Assembly (NCBI GenBank): GCA_036149055.1
Contig: JAYZQJ010000133.1
Location: 1 to 64,000, forward strand
From: Myxococcota bacterium
GTDB lineage: Bacteria; Myxococcota_A; Polyangia; Polyangiales; Sandaracinaceae
Reading direction: 5' to 3'
DNA: 64,000 nt
This document shows positions 1-9,688 of the stretch, piece after piece (positions within the stretch are counted from its first letter, which is position 1; every line of letters begins with the position of its first letter). Position numbers and translations under genes: made by a program. Below the pieces are notes generated by a model. The model saw only the letters and a list, made by a program, of their open reading frames with translations. It was not told the DNA's origin and did not search any database.

Positions 1-210
1 GCGAGCCGCAGGGCCCCCAGCGCCCCGTCGCTGGGGTCGCGGGGCCAGCGCGCGAAGCGCGCGAGGCCCCGACGGAGTCGGGAGGGGGGCCCCATTGGCG
101 CTTTGCCCAATGGGGGGAGGGTTTGCACCAAACCCTCCAGCAAGAAGCAGCGGGAGGGGGGCCCCATTGGCGCTTTGCCCAATGGGGGGAGGGTTTGCAC
201 CAAACCCTCC
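1..210 (-). repeat. Partial copy (C) of structured repeat element, truncated by the window start; contains a perfect 60-bp tandem duplication (79-138 = 151-210)
   Basis: Bases 1-41 match the reverse complement of 18218-18257 with 1 mismatch and 1 indel. Each 60-bp unit has hairpins CCCCATTGG..CCAATGGGG and GGAGGGTTTG..CAAACCCTCC. It begins 8 bp after the tatA stop. Confidence 0.85.
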
Positions 211-218
211 GAAAAAGC

Positions 219-461
219 TCAGCGCTCGACGACTTCGGCTTCGGCGACGTCCTCGTCGGCGACGCGCTTGGCGCTCGACTTGGACTCGACCTGCTTGTCC
301 TTCGAGGTGACCTCGATGTCGTCGTCGGACTTCAGCGCGCGCTTGAGGTTGCGGATGCCCTTGCCGAGGCCTTCGCCGATCTGAGGCAGCCGCCCCGCGC
401 CGAAGACGACCAGGACGATCAGCAGCACGATCAGAAGCTCTTGCCAGCCAATGCCACCCAC
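219..461 (-). CDS. tatA: Twin-arginine translocase TatA/TatE subunit
   Basis: [39 protein letters not shown] signature; GTG start with GGAGG upstream. Confidence 0.93.
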   Translation of the reverse strand: MGGIGWQELLIVLLIVLVVFGAGRLPQIGEGLGKGIRNLKRALKSDDDIEVTSKDKQVESKSSAKRVADEDVAEAEVVER

Positions 462-589
462 GTGTTCCTCCTGCGCCGCGAGCGCGACGCGCGCCCGAAA
501 GGTACGGCTACGCCCGAGAACGGGCAAGCGGGCAGGACGTAGCGCGAAGCCCGGCCAGAAGCACGCGACCGCGCTACAGTCGCGCCGCC

Positions 590-1774
590 ATGGCGCGCGT
601 CACCCTCCGCAAAGGTCGCGTCCGGCCGGTCTGGGCCGGTCACCCCTGGGTCTTCGCGCAGGCGATCGCCCGCGTGGACGGGGCCCCGGCCCCGGGCGAC
701 GCGGTCGAGGTGCGCGACCCGGAGGGGAACTTCCTCGGGCGCGGCTTCTGGTCGCCGAAGTCCGCCATCCCCGTGCGCCTCGTCACGCGCGACCCGGCGG
801 AGGCGCTCGACGAGGGCGCGATCGTGCGGCGCATCGAGGCGGCCGGCGCGCTCCGGCAGCAGCTCGGGCTGCCGCGCGAGGGGACCGACGGCTACCGGCT
901 CGTGCACGCCGAGGGCGACGGCCTGCCCGGGCTGATCGCGGACGTCTACCGGGACGTCGCGGTCATGCAGCTGGGCACCCACGGCGTGAAGCGCTTCGAG
1001 GACGTCATCGCCCACGCGGTCGGGCGGGTCTCGGGGGCGCGCACCGTCATCGAGGTGCCGTCGCGTCGCGCGCAGGAGCGGGAGGGGCTCGACGTCGAGC
1101 CGCGCACGCTCCGGGGGCCCGCGGCCAAGCGCCTCGCGTTCTCCGAGCGCGGCTTCGAGTACGGGGTCGAGATCGAGCTGGCCCAGAAGACGGGCTTCTA
1201 CTTCGACCAGCGCGAGAACCGGGCGCGGGTGGAGGGCCTGGCGCGCGGCCGCCGCGTCCTCGACCTCTACAGCTACGTCGGCGCCTTCGGGCTCGCGGCC
1301 GCGCGGGGCGGCGCCGAGATCGTCGACGCCTGGGACAGCAGCGCGGCGGTGGTGGCGGAGGGCGCCGCGATCGCGCACGCGAACGGCCTCGGCGAGAAGG
1401 TCCGCTTCGCCAAGGGCGACGTGCGGCGCGTGATCCAGAAGCTCGCGCAGGACGGAGAGCGCTACGACATGGTCATCCTCGACCCGCCGAAGCTGGCCCC
1501 CACCGCGAAGCACCTCGCGAAGGCGAAGAAGGCGTATCGCCGGCTGAACGCGAACGCGATGGCGCTGGTGACGCGCGGAGGCATCCTCGCCACCTGCAGC
1601 TGCTCGGCGGCGATGACGGAGCCGGACCTGCTGCGCGCGGTGGCGCTGGCCGCGAAGGACGCCCGCCGCGAGGTGAGCCTGCTCGCCGTCGGCCATCAGG
1701 GCATGGACCACCCCACCCCGGTGGCCTTCCCGGAAGGCCGGTACCTCGACTGCGCGTTCGTGAGGGTGTCATGA
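590..1774 (+). CDS. rlmI: RlmI/RlmK-family 23S rRNA methyltransferase (PUA + SAM domains)
   Basis: [44 protein letters not shown] and TCSCS motifs. Confidence 0.85.
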   Translation: MARVTLRKGRVRPVWAGHPWVFAQAIARVDGAPAPGDAVEVRDPEGNFLGRGFWSPKSAIPVRLVTRDPAEALDEGAIVRRIEAAGALRQQLGLPREGTDGYRLVHAEGDGLPGLIADVYRDVAVMQLGTHGVKRFEDVIAHAVGRVSGARTVIEVPSRRAQEREGLDVEPRTLRGPAAKRLAFSERGFEYGVEIELAQKTGFYFDQRENRARVEGLARGRRVLDLYSYVGAFGLAAARGGAEIVDAWDSSAAVVAEGAAIAHANGLGEKVRFAKGDVRRVIQKLAQDGERYDMVILDPPKLAPTAKHLAKAKKAYRRLNANAMALVTRGGILATCSCSAAMTEPDLLRAVALAAKDARREVSLLAVGHQGMDHPTPVAFPEGRYLDCAFVRVS

Positions 1775-2562
1775 GGCCGCTTTCGGAGCTCCCCGACGAG
1801 ACCGCGGCGTCGCTGCGCGGCGTGATCTTCGACGTGGACGACACGCTGACCACCCGCGGGCTCTTGACCGAGGCGGCCTACGCGGCGCTCTTCTCCCTTC
1901 ACCGGGCCGGGCTGAGCCTGATCGCAGTGACCGGGCGCCCGCTCGGGTGGACCGACGCGTTCGCCGCGAGCTGGCCGGTGGATCTCGCCATCGGGGAGAA
2001 CGGCGCGGGCTGGGCCCACCGCCGCGGCGGCGCGATCTCGGTCGGCTACTACCACGACGCCTCGAGCCGGCGCGCCCACGCGGCGACCCTCGACGCGCTC
2101 GTGCAACACGTCCGCGCGAAACACCCCGACGTGCGGGACGCCACCGATCAGCCCGCGCGGCGGTGTGATCACGCGTGGGACGTCGGAGAGCACGACGAGC
2201 TCGCGCCCGAGGCGGTGGAGGCGCTGCGCGAGACCATCGAGGCGGAGGGCGCGCGCTGTCTCGTGAGCTCGGTGCACGCGCACGCGCTCGTGGGCGGCTG
2301 GGACAAGGCGCGCGGCGTCGCCCGGGCCGCCGACCACGTGCTCGGCGCCGACGTGCACGCGGAGCCCTGGCTGTTCGTGGGCGACTCCGGCAACGACGCC
2401 GCCGCGTTCGACGCGTTCGAGATCTCGGTCGGCGTGGCCAACGTGCGCGCTCACCTGCCCGCGCTGACCACGCCGCCCGCGTTCGTCACCGACGCGGAGC
2501 GAGGCGAGGGGTTCGCGGAGCTCGCCGCGAAGATCGTTCGCGCGAGGCGCGCCGATGGCTGA
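1771..2562 (+). CDS. HAD-IIB family hydrolase
   Basis: FDVDDTLT, VTGRP, ENG, DK and GDSGND motifs; ATGA overlap with the upstream gene. Confidence 0.85.
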   Translation: MRPLSELPDETAASLRGVIFDVDDTLTTRGLLTEAAYAALFSLHRAGLSLIAVTGRPLGWTDAFAASWPVDLAIGENGAGWAHRRGGAISVGYYHDASSRRAHAATLDALVQHVRAKHPDVRDATDQPARRCDHAWDVGEHDELAPEAVEALRETIEAEGARCLVSSVHAHALVGGWDKARGVARAADHVLGADVHAEPWLFVGDSGNDAAAFDAFEISVGVANVRAHLPALTTPPAFVTDAERGEGFAELAAKIVRARRADG

Positions 2563-3106
2563 GCGACGCATCCCCGCGCCCCTCGTGCTCGCCGCCGCCA
2601 GCGCCATGCTCGCGGTCGCGGCGGTCGTGTTCTTCGGCCTGCCCGAGGGCGACGCGGCGCCCGAGGAGGTCTCGACCGACGCGAACGCGCTGCGCCTCGA
2701 CGACTCGTCGCCCGAGCTCGTCTCTCAGAGCTTCTACGACGCCTGGCGCCGCCGGCGCTGGAACGAGGCGCTCACGATCAGCACCGGGGCCGCGCGCCGC
2801 GCCGCGCTCGAGAAGAAGGAGCGCGACGACGCGATGCCCCGCGAGGAGCGCATCGTCGCCGAGCGCACCTGGGACGCGCTGTCGCGGGCCCCGCTGTCGC
2901 TCCTGCTCGACGAGGTCGAGATGCTCGAGGGCGATCGCTACCGCCTCGAGGGCGTCGCCGAGTACCAGCTGGTCGGCCAGCCCTACCGTCGACGGGTGAC
3001 GTTCCACGTCGCGCCCGAAGGCGACGCCTACCGCGTGTCCGAGATGGAGCTGGGCGAGGTGTTGACGGATCTGCCGGCGATCTTCCGCGGCGCGGACGGG
3101 CCATGA
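2555..3106 (+). CDS. Hypothetical protein with N-terminal membrane anchor
   Basis: Overlaps both neighbours as in an operon; hydrophobic N-terminus; protein-like composition. Confidence 0.7.
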   Translation: MAERRIPAPLVLAAASAMLAVAAVVFFGLPEGDAAPEEVSTDANALRLDDSSPELVSQSFYDAWRRRRWNEALTISTGAARRAALEKKERDDAMPREERIVAERTWDALSRAPLSLLLDEVEMLEGDRYRLEGVAEYQLVGQPYRRRVTFHVAPEGDAYRVSEMELGEVLTDLPAIFRGADGP

Positions 3107-3891
3107 GCGACTCCGACTTCCCCGAGGCCGACGCGCACTACCGCGACGCCGCGTACTACGACCACGCCTACAGCCGATACAAGCCGGACGTCGCCTTCTA
3201 CGTCGAGCTGGCGGCGGGGAGCGGGGGCCCGGTGCTGGAGCTCGGGGTCGGCACCGGCCGGGTGGCGCTCGCCGTCGCCAAGGCCGGCATCGAGCTGGTG
3301 GGCGTCGACAAGATGACGAGCATGCTGGAGCGGGCCCAGCGGCGCCTGGATCGGGCGCCGCGGCGCCTGAGAGAGCGCGTCTCGCTGGTGGAGGGCGACC
3401 TGCGCGACGTGCGGCTCGAGCGTCGCTTCCCGTTCGTGGCCGCGCCCTTCAACGTCTTCCAGCACCTCTACACCCGCCGCGACGTGGAGCGCGCGCTCGC
3501 GACCTGCGCGGCCCACCTCACCCCGAACGGCCGGCTCGCCTTCGACGTGCTGATGCCGGACCCGATCAGCCTCGCGCGGGATCCCCACCGCTACTACAAG
3601 AGCCGGCCCGTCCGGCACCCCCGCGACGGTCAGCGCTACGCCTACGACGAGGCGTTCGACTACGACGCCGAGCGGCAGGTGCAGACGACGACCATGCGCT
3701 TCTCGGACCTCGAGACTGGCGAGCCCCGCTTCAGCGAGAAGCTGCCCCAGCGGCAGTTCTTTCCGCAGGAGCTCGAGGCGCTGCTCCACTACAACGGGTT
3801 CGAGGTCCTCCGGCTGGACGGAGGCTTCGAAGGCGAGCCGATCGACGCCTACTGCGAGTCGCAGGTGGTCATCGCCCGCCTGCGGCGCTGA
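3103..3891 (+). CDS. Class I SAM-dependent methyltransferase
   Basis: VLELGVGTGRV, VGVD and EGDLRD motifs. Confidence 0.88.
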   Translation: MSDSDFPEADAHYRDAAYYDHAYSRYKPDVAFYVELAAGSGGPVLELGVGTGRVALAVAKAGIELVGVDKMTSMLERAQRRLDRAPRRLRERVSLVEGDLRDVRLERRFPFVAAPFNVFQHLYTRRDVERALATCAAHLTPNGRLAFDVLMPDPISLARDPHRYYKSRPVRHPRDGQRYAYDEAFDYDAERQVQTTTMRFSDLETGEPRFSEKLPQRQFFPQELEALLHYNGFEVLRLDGGFEGEPIDAYCESQVVIARLRR

Positions 3892-5156
3892 CGGATCCAG
3901 GCGGCGAGCCCGAGCGCGCCGAGCCAGAGCCATGGCGCGCCGCCCGAGCCCGAGGCCCGACACGCGCAGCCCTCCACGCCCGGGTCGCGCCCGGGGCCGG
4001 TGGGCCCGGTGGAGCCGGCGTCGACCCTCGCCGTGGCGGCGTCCCGCGCCGGAGGCGTCACTCCCCCGTCGGCGGGCGGGGGCGGGGGCGGCGGCTCTCC
4101 GCTGACCTCGACGCAGACCTGGAGCTGGTCGTCGGGCGGGCCGCCCTGCCCGGGGTCCGAGAACCAGGTGACGCCCTCCTGGACGAGCCCGAACGTCTGA
4201 CAGTGGCGCCCCGGCGTCTCGGGCCCGCGGAGGTGGAAGGTGAACGGGAAGGTCTCCCCCGGCGGCACGGTGCCGTCGACCGCCTGCACGCGGGTGGGCG
4301 ACAGCCAGTCGGAGGCGGCGAGCGGGCTCGCGCCGTCGCGCGGGGTGGGCGCGAGCCGGGTGTCGCCGGTCCAGTCCTCGGTGCCGCTGTTCTCCAGCTC
4401 CAGGGTGCCGATGACCTCCTCGCCCGGGTACAGCGGGATCGGCGCCGCCGACGCCACCGGGAAGGTCTGCATGACGAACGACGCGCCGTAGCGGCCGGTG
4501 GCGACGCAGAGATCCGATCCGAAGCCGCGCGCCGGGCTCCGGCCGAGGCGCGCCTCGGTCTGGGGCCCGTACGCCCCGTCCTCGTCGATGCGGTCGCCGG
4601 GGTTGTTCGCGTTCCACAGCCGCTGGAAGACCAGGACCGACGCCTCGCGCATGTCGGGCCCCGGGCAGTCGTAGTGCACCGCGTCGCTCGAGGGATACGT
4701 CTGGGTGCAGCCCTGACCGGTCATGGCCGAGCGCGCCGCGCCGTAGTTCGAGAGGTCGACCGCCCTCCCCGTCTGATGGTTGCTCCGCCCCGGGCGCGCC
4801 GCGAGACCGCAGCCTCCTTCGTGATACAGGAGATACTGCTGCACCAGGGTCCGGAACGCGCTGGTGACCCGCAGGGACTGCCGATCGGCGGCGGCGCGGA
4901 TGGCGCGGACCGTCTCGGCGGTCCCGAGGGGGTGCACCCGCCCGGACGTGAGCTCGATGTTCGGGTGGGGCGTGAACTCGGAGACCGCGCCGGGGAAGGC
5001 GCAGAGGTGAGACCGCACGAGCTGCTCGCTCAGGCCCTCGACGCCCGCCGTCGTGCAGCCGCCGCGGTGCGAGTCCACCACCTGGTCCACCGTCTGGGCG
5101 TGGGCGAGTGAGGTACAGAGCCAGAGGACGATCACCGGGAGACTGCGTGAGACCAC
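3849..5156 (-). CDS. Secreted M15/VanY-like peptidase with peptidoglycan-binding and NBR1-Ig-like segments and a MYXO-CTERM-like tail (start approximate)
   Basis: SAFRT..QQ and SNHQTGRAVD (SxHxxGxAxD); DGAYGPQT; VPPGETFPFTFHL; GCACRA-TM-RRRRR tail. Confidence 0.75.
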   Translation of the reverse strand: MVSRSLPVIVLWLCTSLAHAQTVDQVVDSHRGGCTTAGVEGLSEQLVRSHLCAFPGAVSEFTPHPNIELTSGRVHPLGTAETVRAIRAAADRQSLRVTSAFRTLVQQYLLYHEGGCGLAARPGRSNHQTGRAVDLSNYGAARSAMTGQGCTQTYPSSDAVHYDCPGPDMREASVLVFQRLWNANNPGDRIDEDGAYGPQTEARLGRSPARGFGSDLCVATGRYGASFVMQTFPVASAAPIPLYPGEEVIGTLELENSGTEDWTGDTRLAPTPRDGASPLAASDWLSPTRVQAVDGTVPPGETFPFTFHLRGPETPGRHCQTFGLVQEGVTWFSDPGQGGPPDDQLQVCVEVSGEPPPPPPPADGGVTPPARDAATARVDAGSTGPTGPGRDPGVEGCACRASGSGGAPWLWLGALGLAAWIRQRRRRAMTTCDSQ

Positions 5157-5286
5157 GACCGTCGGGTCAGCAATCCCCGTTCCCGGGCGGGAAGCTCGGA
5201 AACGGGGCTCCGCGCGGTCTCCAGACCTCACCGATCGCGCCCGGCTGGCGCATCGACCGCTCCGGTGCTGGACACCGGAGCCGCCA

Positions 5287-6675
5287 TCAGCGCGAGCGCG
5301 CCTGGGCCTTGTCGAGCGCCTCCTGCACGATCTTGTTGTGCTCGGCCTCGTCCTTCCAGCGCACCTGCCCCGCCTCGGGCAGGAGGTGGATGGGGTCGAA
5401 GTAGAGGAAGTAGCGGCCGCTCTTCACGCTCGGCGCGGTGTACACGCTGACCCCGGTGGTCCGGTCGTAGTACTCGAAGGAGTGCGCGTCGCGCTTTCCG
5501 CCGCCGCCGGGGGCGTCGACCACGAAGACCGGGGTGTTGAAGCCGGCGGTCACGCCGCGCACGTTCTTCTCGAGCGCGATGGCCGTATCGACCGTGGTCC
5601 GGAGCTCCTCGACGCCCTTCACCATGTCGTGCTGGTAGACGTAGTAGGGCTGCACGTTGCAGTAGCCGAGGCGCTTCACCAGCAGCTGCATCGTCTCGAC
5701 GTCGTCGTTGACGCCGCGCTGAAGGACCGCCTGGTTCCGCACCGTCACGCCGGCGCTGAAGAGCCGATCCATCGCCCGCTTCGTGATGCCGGTGAGCTCG
5801 TTCGGGTGGTTGAAGTGGGTGTGCAGCACCACGTCCTTGGCCATGGTGCGCCCGCGGGCCACGATCTCGGAGAGCGCGGCGAACCAGTCGTCGTCCGAGA
5901 GGACCTTCTGCGGCATGACCGCCGGCCCCTTGGTGGCGAAGCGCATGCGCCGGACGTTGTCGATGTCGAGCAGGCGGTTGCCGATCTCGCGGATCTGGTC
6001 GGCGCGGAGGTTGAACGAGTCGCCGCCGCTGATGACGATGTCCTCGAGCTCCGGGCGGGTCGCGATGTAGGCGAAGATGTCGTCCCAGCGCTTCTTGTTC
6101 GCCTTGAGGCTGACCTTCTCGAGCTCCTCCTGCTCGACGTTCGGCCCGACCGCGTAGCTGCGGGTGCAGAAGCGGCAGTAGACGGGGCAGGTGTCGAGGG
6201 CGAGGAAGAGCGCCTTGTCCGGGTAGCGGTGCGTGAGCCCGGGGACCGGGGAGTCGGCCTGCTCGGCGAGGGAGTCGAAGCGGAGCTTGGGGTGGTCGGG
6301 GAGCCGGGTCGATCCGAGCGGGATGAACTGCCGGCGCAGCGGATCCTCGTAGGGGTTCTCCCAGTCGATCAGGCTCAGCAGGTACGGCGACACCCGGACC
6401 GCCATGGGGGCGCGCGCGAAGCCCTCGGTCGCGTCGTCGAGGAAGGTCGGGCTGGCCAGCTTTTCGAGGGCCGCGAGCAGCTTGTCGACCTTGGTGATCG
6501 ACTTCTTCATCTGCCAGCGGTGGTCGAGGAAGGTCGCCTCGTCCACGTCGGCGTAGGCCGGGATGCGGCGCCAGAAGTCGCCCTCGAGCAGGTCACGGTG
6601 GGCGAGCGTCGTGGGATCCACCGGGGGCCGCTTGGCCCTCGCCGAGTCCTGTCCTTCGATGACCTTCAGCTCCAT
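5287..6675 (-). CDS. kamA: KamA-family radical SAM protein (lysine 2,3-aminomutase-like)
   Basis: CPVYCRFC, THRYPDK, SGGD, NQAVL, PYY and DAPGGGGK motifs. Confidence 0.85.
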   Translation of the reverse strand: MELKVIEGQDSARAKRPPVDPTTLAHRDLLEGDFWRRIPAYADVDEATFLDHRWQMKKSITKVDKLLAALEKLASPTFLDDATEGFARAPMAVRVSPYLLSLIDWENPYEDPLRRQFIPLGSTRLPDHPKLRFDSLAEQADSPVPGLTHRYPDKALFLALDTCPVYCRFCTRSYAVGPNVEQEELEKVSLKANKKRWDDIFAYIATRPELEDIVISGGDSFNLRADQIREIGNRLLDIDNVRRMRFATKGPAVMPQKVLSDDDWFAALSEIVARGRTMAKDVVLHTHFNHPNELTGITKRAMDRLFSAGVTVRNQAVLQRGVNDDVETMQLLVKRLGYCNVQPYYVYQHDMVKGVEELRTTVDTAIALEKNVRGVTAGFNTPVFVVDAPGGGGKRDAHSFEYYDRTTGVSVYTAPSVKSGRYFLYFDPIHLLPEAGQVRWKDEAEHNKIVQEALDKAQARSR

Positions 6676-6915
6676 CGCGTTCCTCTTCTTCGGGTGGCTC
6701 GACGCGCAGGGGCGGAGCCACGCAGGGGAAAGCGGCGCCATACCACAGCGGCTGGCCTTCCGCACGGGGGCGTCGGCGCCCCTCCGTGACGAAAGTTTGA
6801 CATGGATCTCGGGGTGTTCCACCAACGAGGCAGCCGCGAAGGGAGCCGAATCGTGTTGAGCCAGCCCGTTGTCGATGCCATGCAGAGCCCTGCCCCGCGG
6901 CAGGAGAACGCGACG

Positions 6916-7914
6916 ATGAAGGACCGCCTGCTCTTCCTGATCTCGACCCCGCGCAGCGGCTCGACCTTGATGCAGCGGATGCTGAGCTCGCACAGCGAGA
7001 TCTTCACGCACCCCGAGCCGCATCTGATGACGCCGCTCGCGCACCTCGGCTACTACGACAAGGTCGACAAGGCGCCCTACGACCACATCAACAGCGCCGA
7101 GGCGATGCGCCTCTTCGTCGAGCACCTCCCGGGCGGCGAGGGCGACTACCTCGACGCCCTGCGCGCCTACGCCGACACGCTCTACGGGCGCATGCTGGAG
7201 CCGAGCGGGCAGCGCTACTTCCTCGACAAGACGCCCGCCTACGCGCTGGTGCTCGACTTCGTCGCCAAGGTCTACCCCGAGGCGAAGTACGTGGTCCTCA
7301 CCCGCCACCCGCTCGCGATCTTCAGCTCCTACGCGAACTCGTTCTTCGACGGGGACTGGCGCGCGGCCCACGACTACAACCCGATCGTCGAGCGCTACGT
7401 GCCGGCCATCGCGCGCTTCCTGCGGGAGCGCCCCGTGCCCCTCACCCACGTGCGCTACGAGGAGCTGGTCGAGACCCCGGAGGCGCACCTCGAGCGGGTC
7501 TTCGCGTTCCTCGGCATCGAGCACGAGCCGGAGGCGGTGGACTACGGCGAGCGCTCCGAGCAGGCGAAGGGGCCGGGAGACCCCATCGGCGTGCACCAGC
7601 ACAAGCGCCCGGTGACCGACTCGCTGCACAAATGGGCGGCGGAGCTGGCCGCGGACGACCGCAAGCTCGCCCTCGCCCGGCAGATGATCGACCGCGTCGA
7701 TCCCGACGATCTCGAGCTCTGGGGCTGGCCGCGGGAGCGCGTGTTCGACGCCCTCGAGGAGGCGGGCGGGCAGGCGCCGCCGGAGCCGGTGCTCAACAGC
7801 TACACCTTCCAGCGCAAGGTCATGCTCGCGCTCAAGAAGGACATCCACCGGCGGCCCCACGGCAAGGTCATCCGAAAGCTCCGCTACTACTGCGACGTCC
7901 TCCTTCGGGAGTGA
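6916..7914 (+). CDS. Sulfotransferase family protein
   Basis: PRSGSTL PAPS-binding loop, LDKTP, RHPLAIFSS and VRYEELV. Confidence 0.88.
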   Translation: MKDRLLFLISTPRSGSTLMQRMLSSHSEIFTHPEPHLMTPLAHLGYYDKVDKAPYDHINSAEAMRLFVEHLPGGEGDYLDALRAYADTLYGRMLEPSGQRYFLDKTPAYALVLDFVAKVYPEAKYVVLTRHPLAIFSSYANSFFDGDWRAAHDYNPIVERYVPAIARFLRERPVPLTHVRYEELVETPEAHLERVFAFLGIEHEPEAVDYGERSEQAKGPGDPIGVHQHKRPVTDSLHKWAAELAADDRKLALARQMIDRVDPDDLELWGWPRERVFDALEEAGGQAPPEPVLNSYTFQRKVMLALKKDIHRRPHGKVIRKLRYYCDVLLRE

Positions 7915-8020
7915 TGGAGCACGAAATGCTCCGCGCGGAGCCCGGAGCGCTCCACGCTCCCGCGAGCCGCACGATCGGTGCGCAGCCGGGGTCGGCCCAC
8001 CTCGTGCTGTACCGGCGGCC

Positions 8021-9688
8021 ATGCGGAGGTCCACCCCCCTCTGTTCGCTCGCCCTCGCCTGCCTGGTGGGTTGCCAAGGTTTCGTTGGTGACACTCCGTC
8101 CAGGCCGGGCGACGGCGAGCGGCGCATCCCCGAAGGCGTGGTCGTGCCCGCGCCCCAGACCCGCCTCGCCCGCCTGACCCACACCCAGTGGGAGAACACG
8201 GTCATCGACCTGTTCGGCTTCGACGGGCCGACCGGCCTTTCGGAGGCGCTGCGGGCGGACTCGCTGCCCGGCGAGGCCATCTTCGACAACCCGGGCGGCG
8301 CGCTCGACGTCGACGAGGTGCTCTGGAGCGGCTACCAGCGGGCGGCCGGCGTGCTCGCCGAGCGGGCCACCACCGACGAGGCGATCTTCGCCCGGATCGC
8401 GCCCGAGACCGGCGGCGACGACCGCGATCGGGCGACCCGCTTCGTGCGGGCGTTCGGAGAGCGCGCGCACCGGCGGCCGCTCACCGACGACGAGGTGTCG
8501 GAGTACGTGATGCTCTACGACTCCGCGTCGGGCCTCTACGGCGCCACCGACGACCTGCACTCCGGGGTGCGCCTGGTGCTCGAGGCGATGCTCCAGTCGC
8601 CCTTCCTCCTCTACCGGGTCGAGCTGTCGAGCGCGCGAGAGAGCGGCACCATCCCGCTCGACGACCACGAGATCGCCAGCCGCCTCTCCTACGCGCTCTG
8701 GGACAGCATGCCCGACGAGGAGCTCTTCGCGGCCGCGCGCGCCGGCATGCTGAGCGACCCGGAGAGCGTGGCCGTGCAGGCGCGGCGCATGGTCGACGAT
8801 CCCCGCGCCGAGGCGGTGTTCGTGCGCTTCCACCGCCAGCTCTTCGACGTGGACGACTTCGAGGGCATCGCGCCCTCCCCCGACCGCTTCCCGGACGCGC
8901 CGCGCGATCTGGGCGCGCTGGCGGCCGAGGAGCACGACCGCTTCGTGCGGGAGATCGTGTTCGGCCGGGACGGCGGCTACCGGGACCTGCTGACGTCGCC
9001 CGACACCTTCGTGAACGCCGAGCTCGCCGCGATCTATGGCGTGCCGGGGAGCTTCGGCGAGGCCATGGAGCTGGTGACGCTCGATCCCGCCCAGCGGCGC
9101 GGCGTCTTCACCCAGATCGGCTTCCTCGCCTCGAACGCGACCCAGACGAGCCCGGATCCGATCCACCGCGGCGTGTTCCTCGCCGAGCGCATCGCCTGCG
9201 TGCACATCGACGCGCCGCCGGACGACATCACGCCGCCTCCGGTCATCGAGGGCGCGACCAACCGCGAGACGGTCGCGAACCACACGGAGCAGCCGGGCTC
9301 GCGCTGCGCCGGCTGCCACGCGCAGATCATCAACCCGTTCGGCTTCCCCTTCGAGAGCTACGACGCCACCGGCGCGTGGCGGGAGATCGACAACGGGCAG
9401 CCGGTGGACACGACGGGGAGCCCGCCGATCGACGGGGTACCGACCCCGGTGGGCGGCGCGGTGGAGCTCGCCGACGCGATGGCGGAGAGCACCTGGGTGC
9501 ACGAGTGCTACGTGCGCCACTGGGTGGAGCGCACGATGGGCCGCCACGCCGAGCCCGAGGATCAGGCGCTCGTGAGCCAGCTCGCGGAGGGCTCGCGGGA
9601 CGGCTCGTTGAGCATCCGCGAGCTCGTGGTCCAGATCGTGACGTCGCGCGCGTTCCTGCACCGGAGCACCCGGGAGGTGAGCGAATGA
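8021..9688 (+). CDS. DUF1587/1595/1592/1588-type lipoprotein
   Basis: Lipobox LVGC; RLTHTQWENTVIDL; LQSPFLLYRVE; EIASRLSYALWDSMPDEEL; PIHRG; CAGCH..INPFGF. Confidence 0.85.
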   Translation: MRRSTPLCSLALACLVGCQGFVGDTPSRPGDGERRIPEGVVVPAPQTRLARLTHTQWENTVIDLFGFDGPTGLSEALRADSLPGEAIFDNPGGALDVDEVLWSGYQRAAGVLAERATTDEAIFARIAPETGGDDRDRATRFVRAFGERAHRRPLTDDEVSEYVMLYDSASGLYGATDDLHSGVRLVLEAMLQSPFLLYRVELSSARESGTIPLDDHEIASRLSYALWDSMPDEELFAAARAGMLSDPESVAVQARRMVDDPRAEAVFVRFHRQLFDVDDFEGIAPSPDRFPDAPRDLGALAAEEHDRFVREIVFGRDGGYRDLLTSPDTFVNAELAAIYGVPGSFGEAMELVTLDPAQRRGVFTQIGFLASNATQTSPDPIHRGVFLAERIACVHIDAPPDDITPPPVIEGATNRETVANHTEQPGSRCAGCHAQIINPFGFPFESYDATGAWREIDNGQPVDTTGSPPIDGVPTPVGGAVELADAMAESTWVHECYVRHWVERTMGRHAEPEDQALVSQLAEGSRDGSLSIRELVVQIVTSRAFLHRSTREVSE

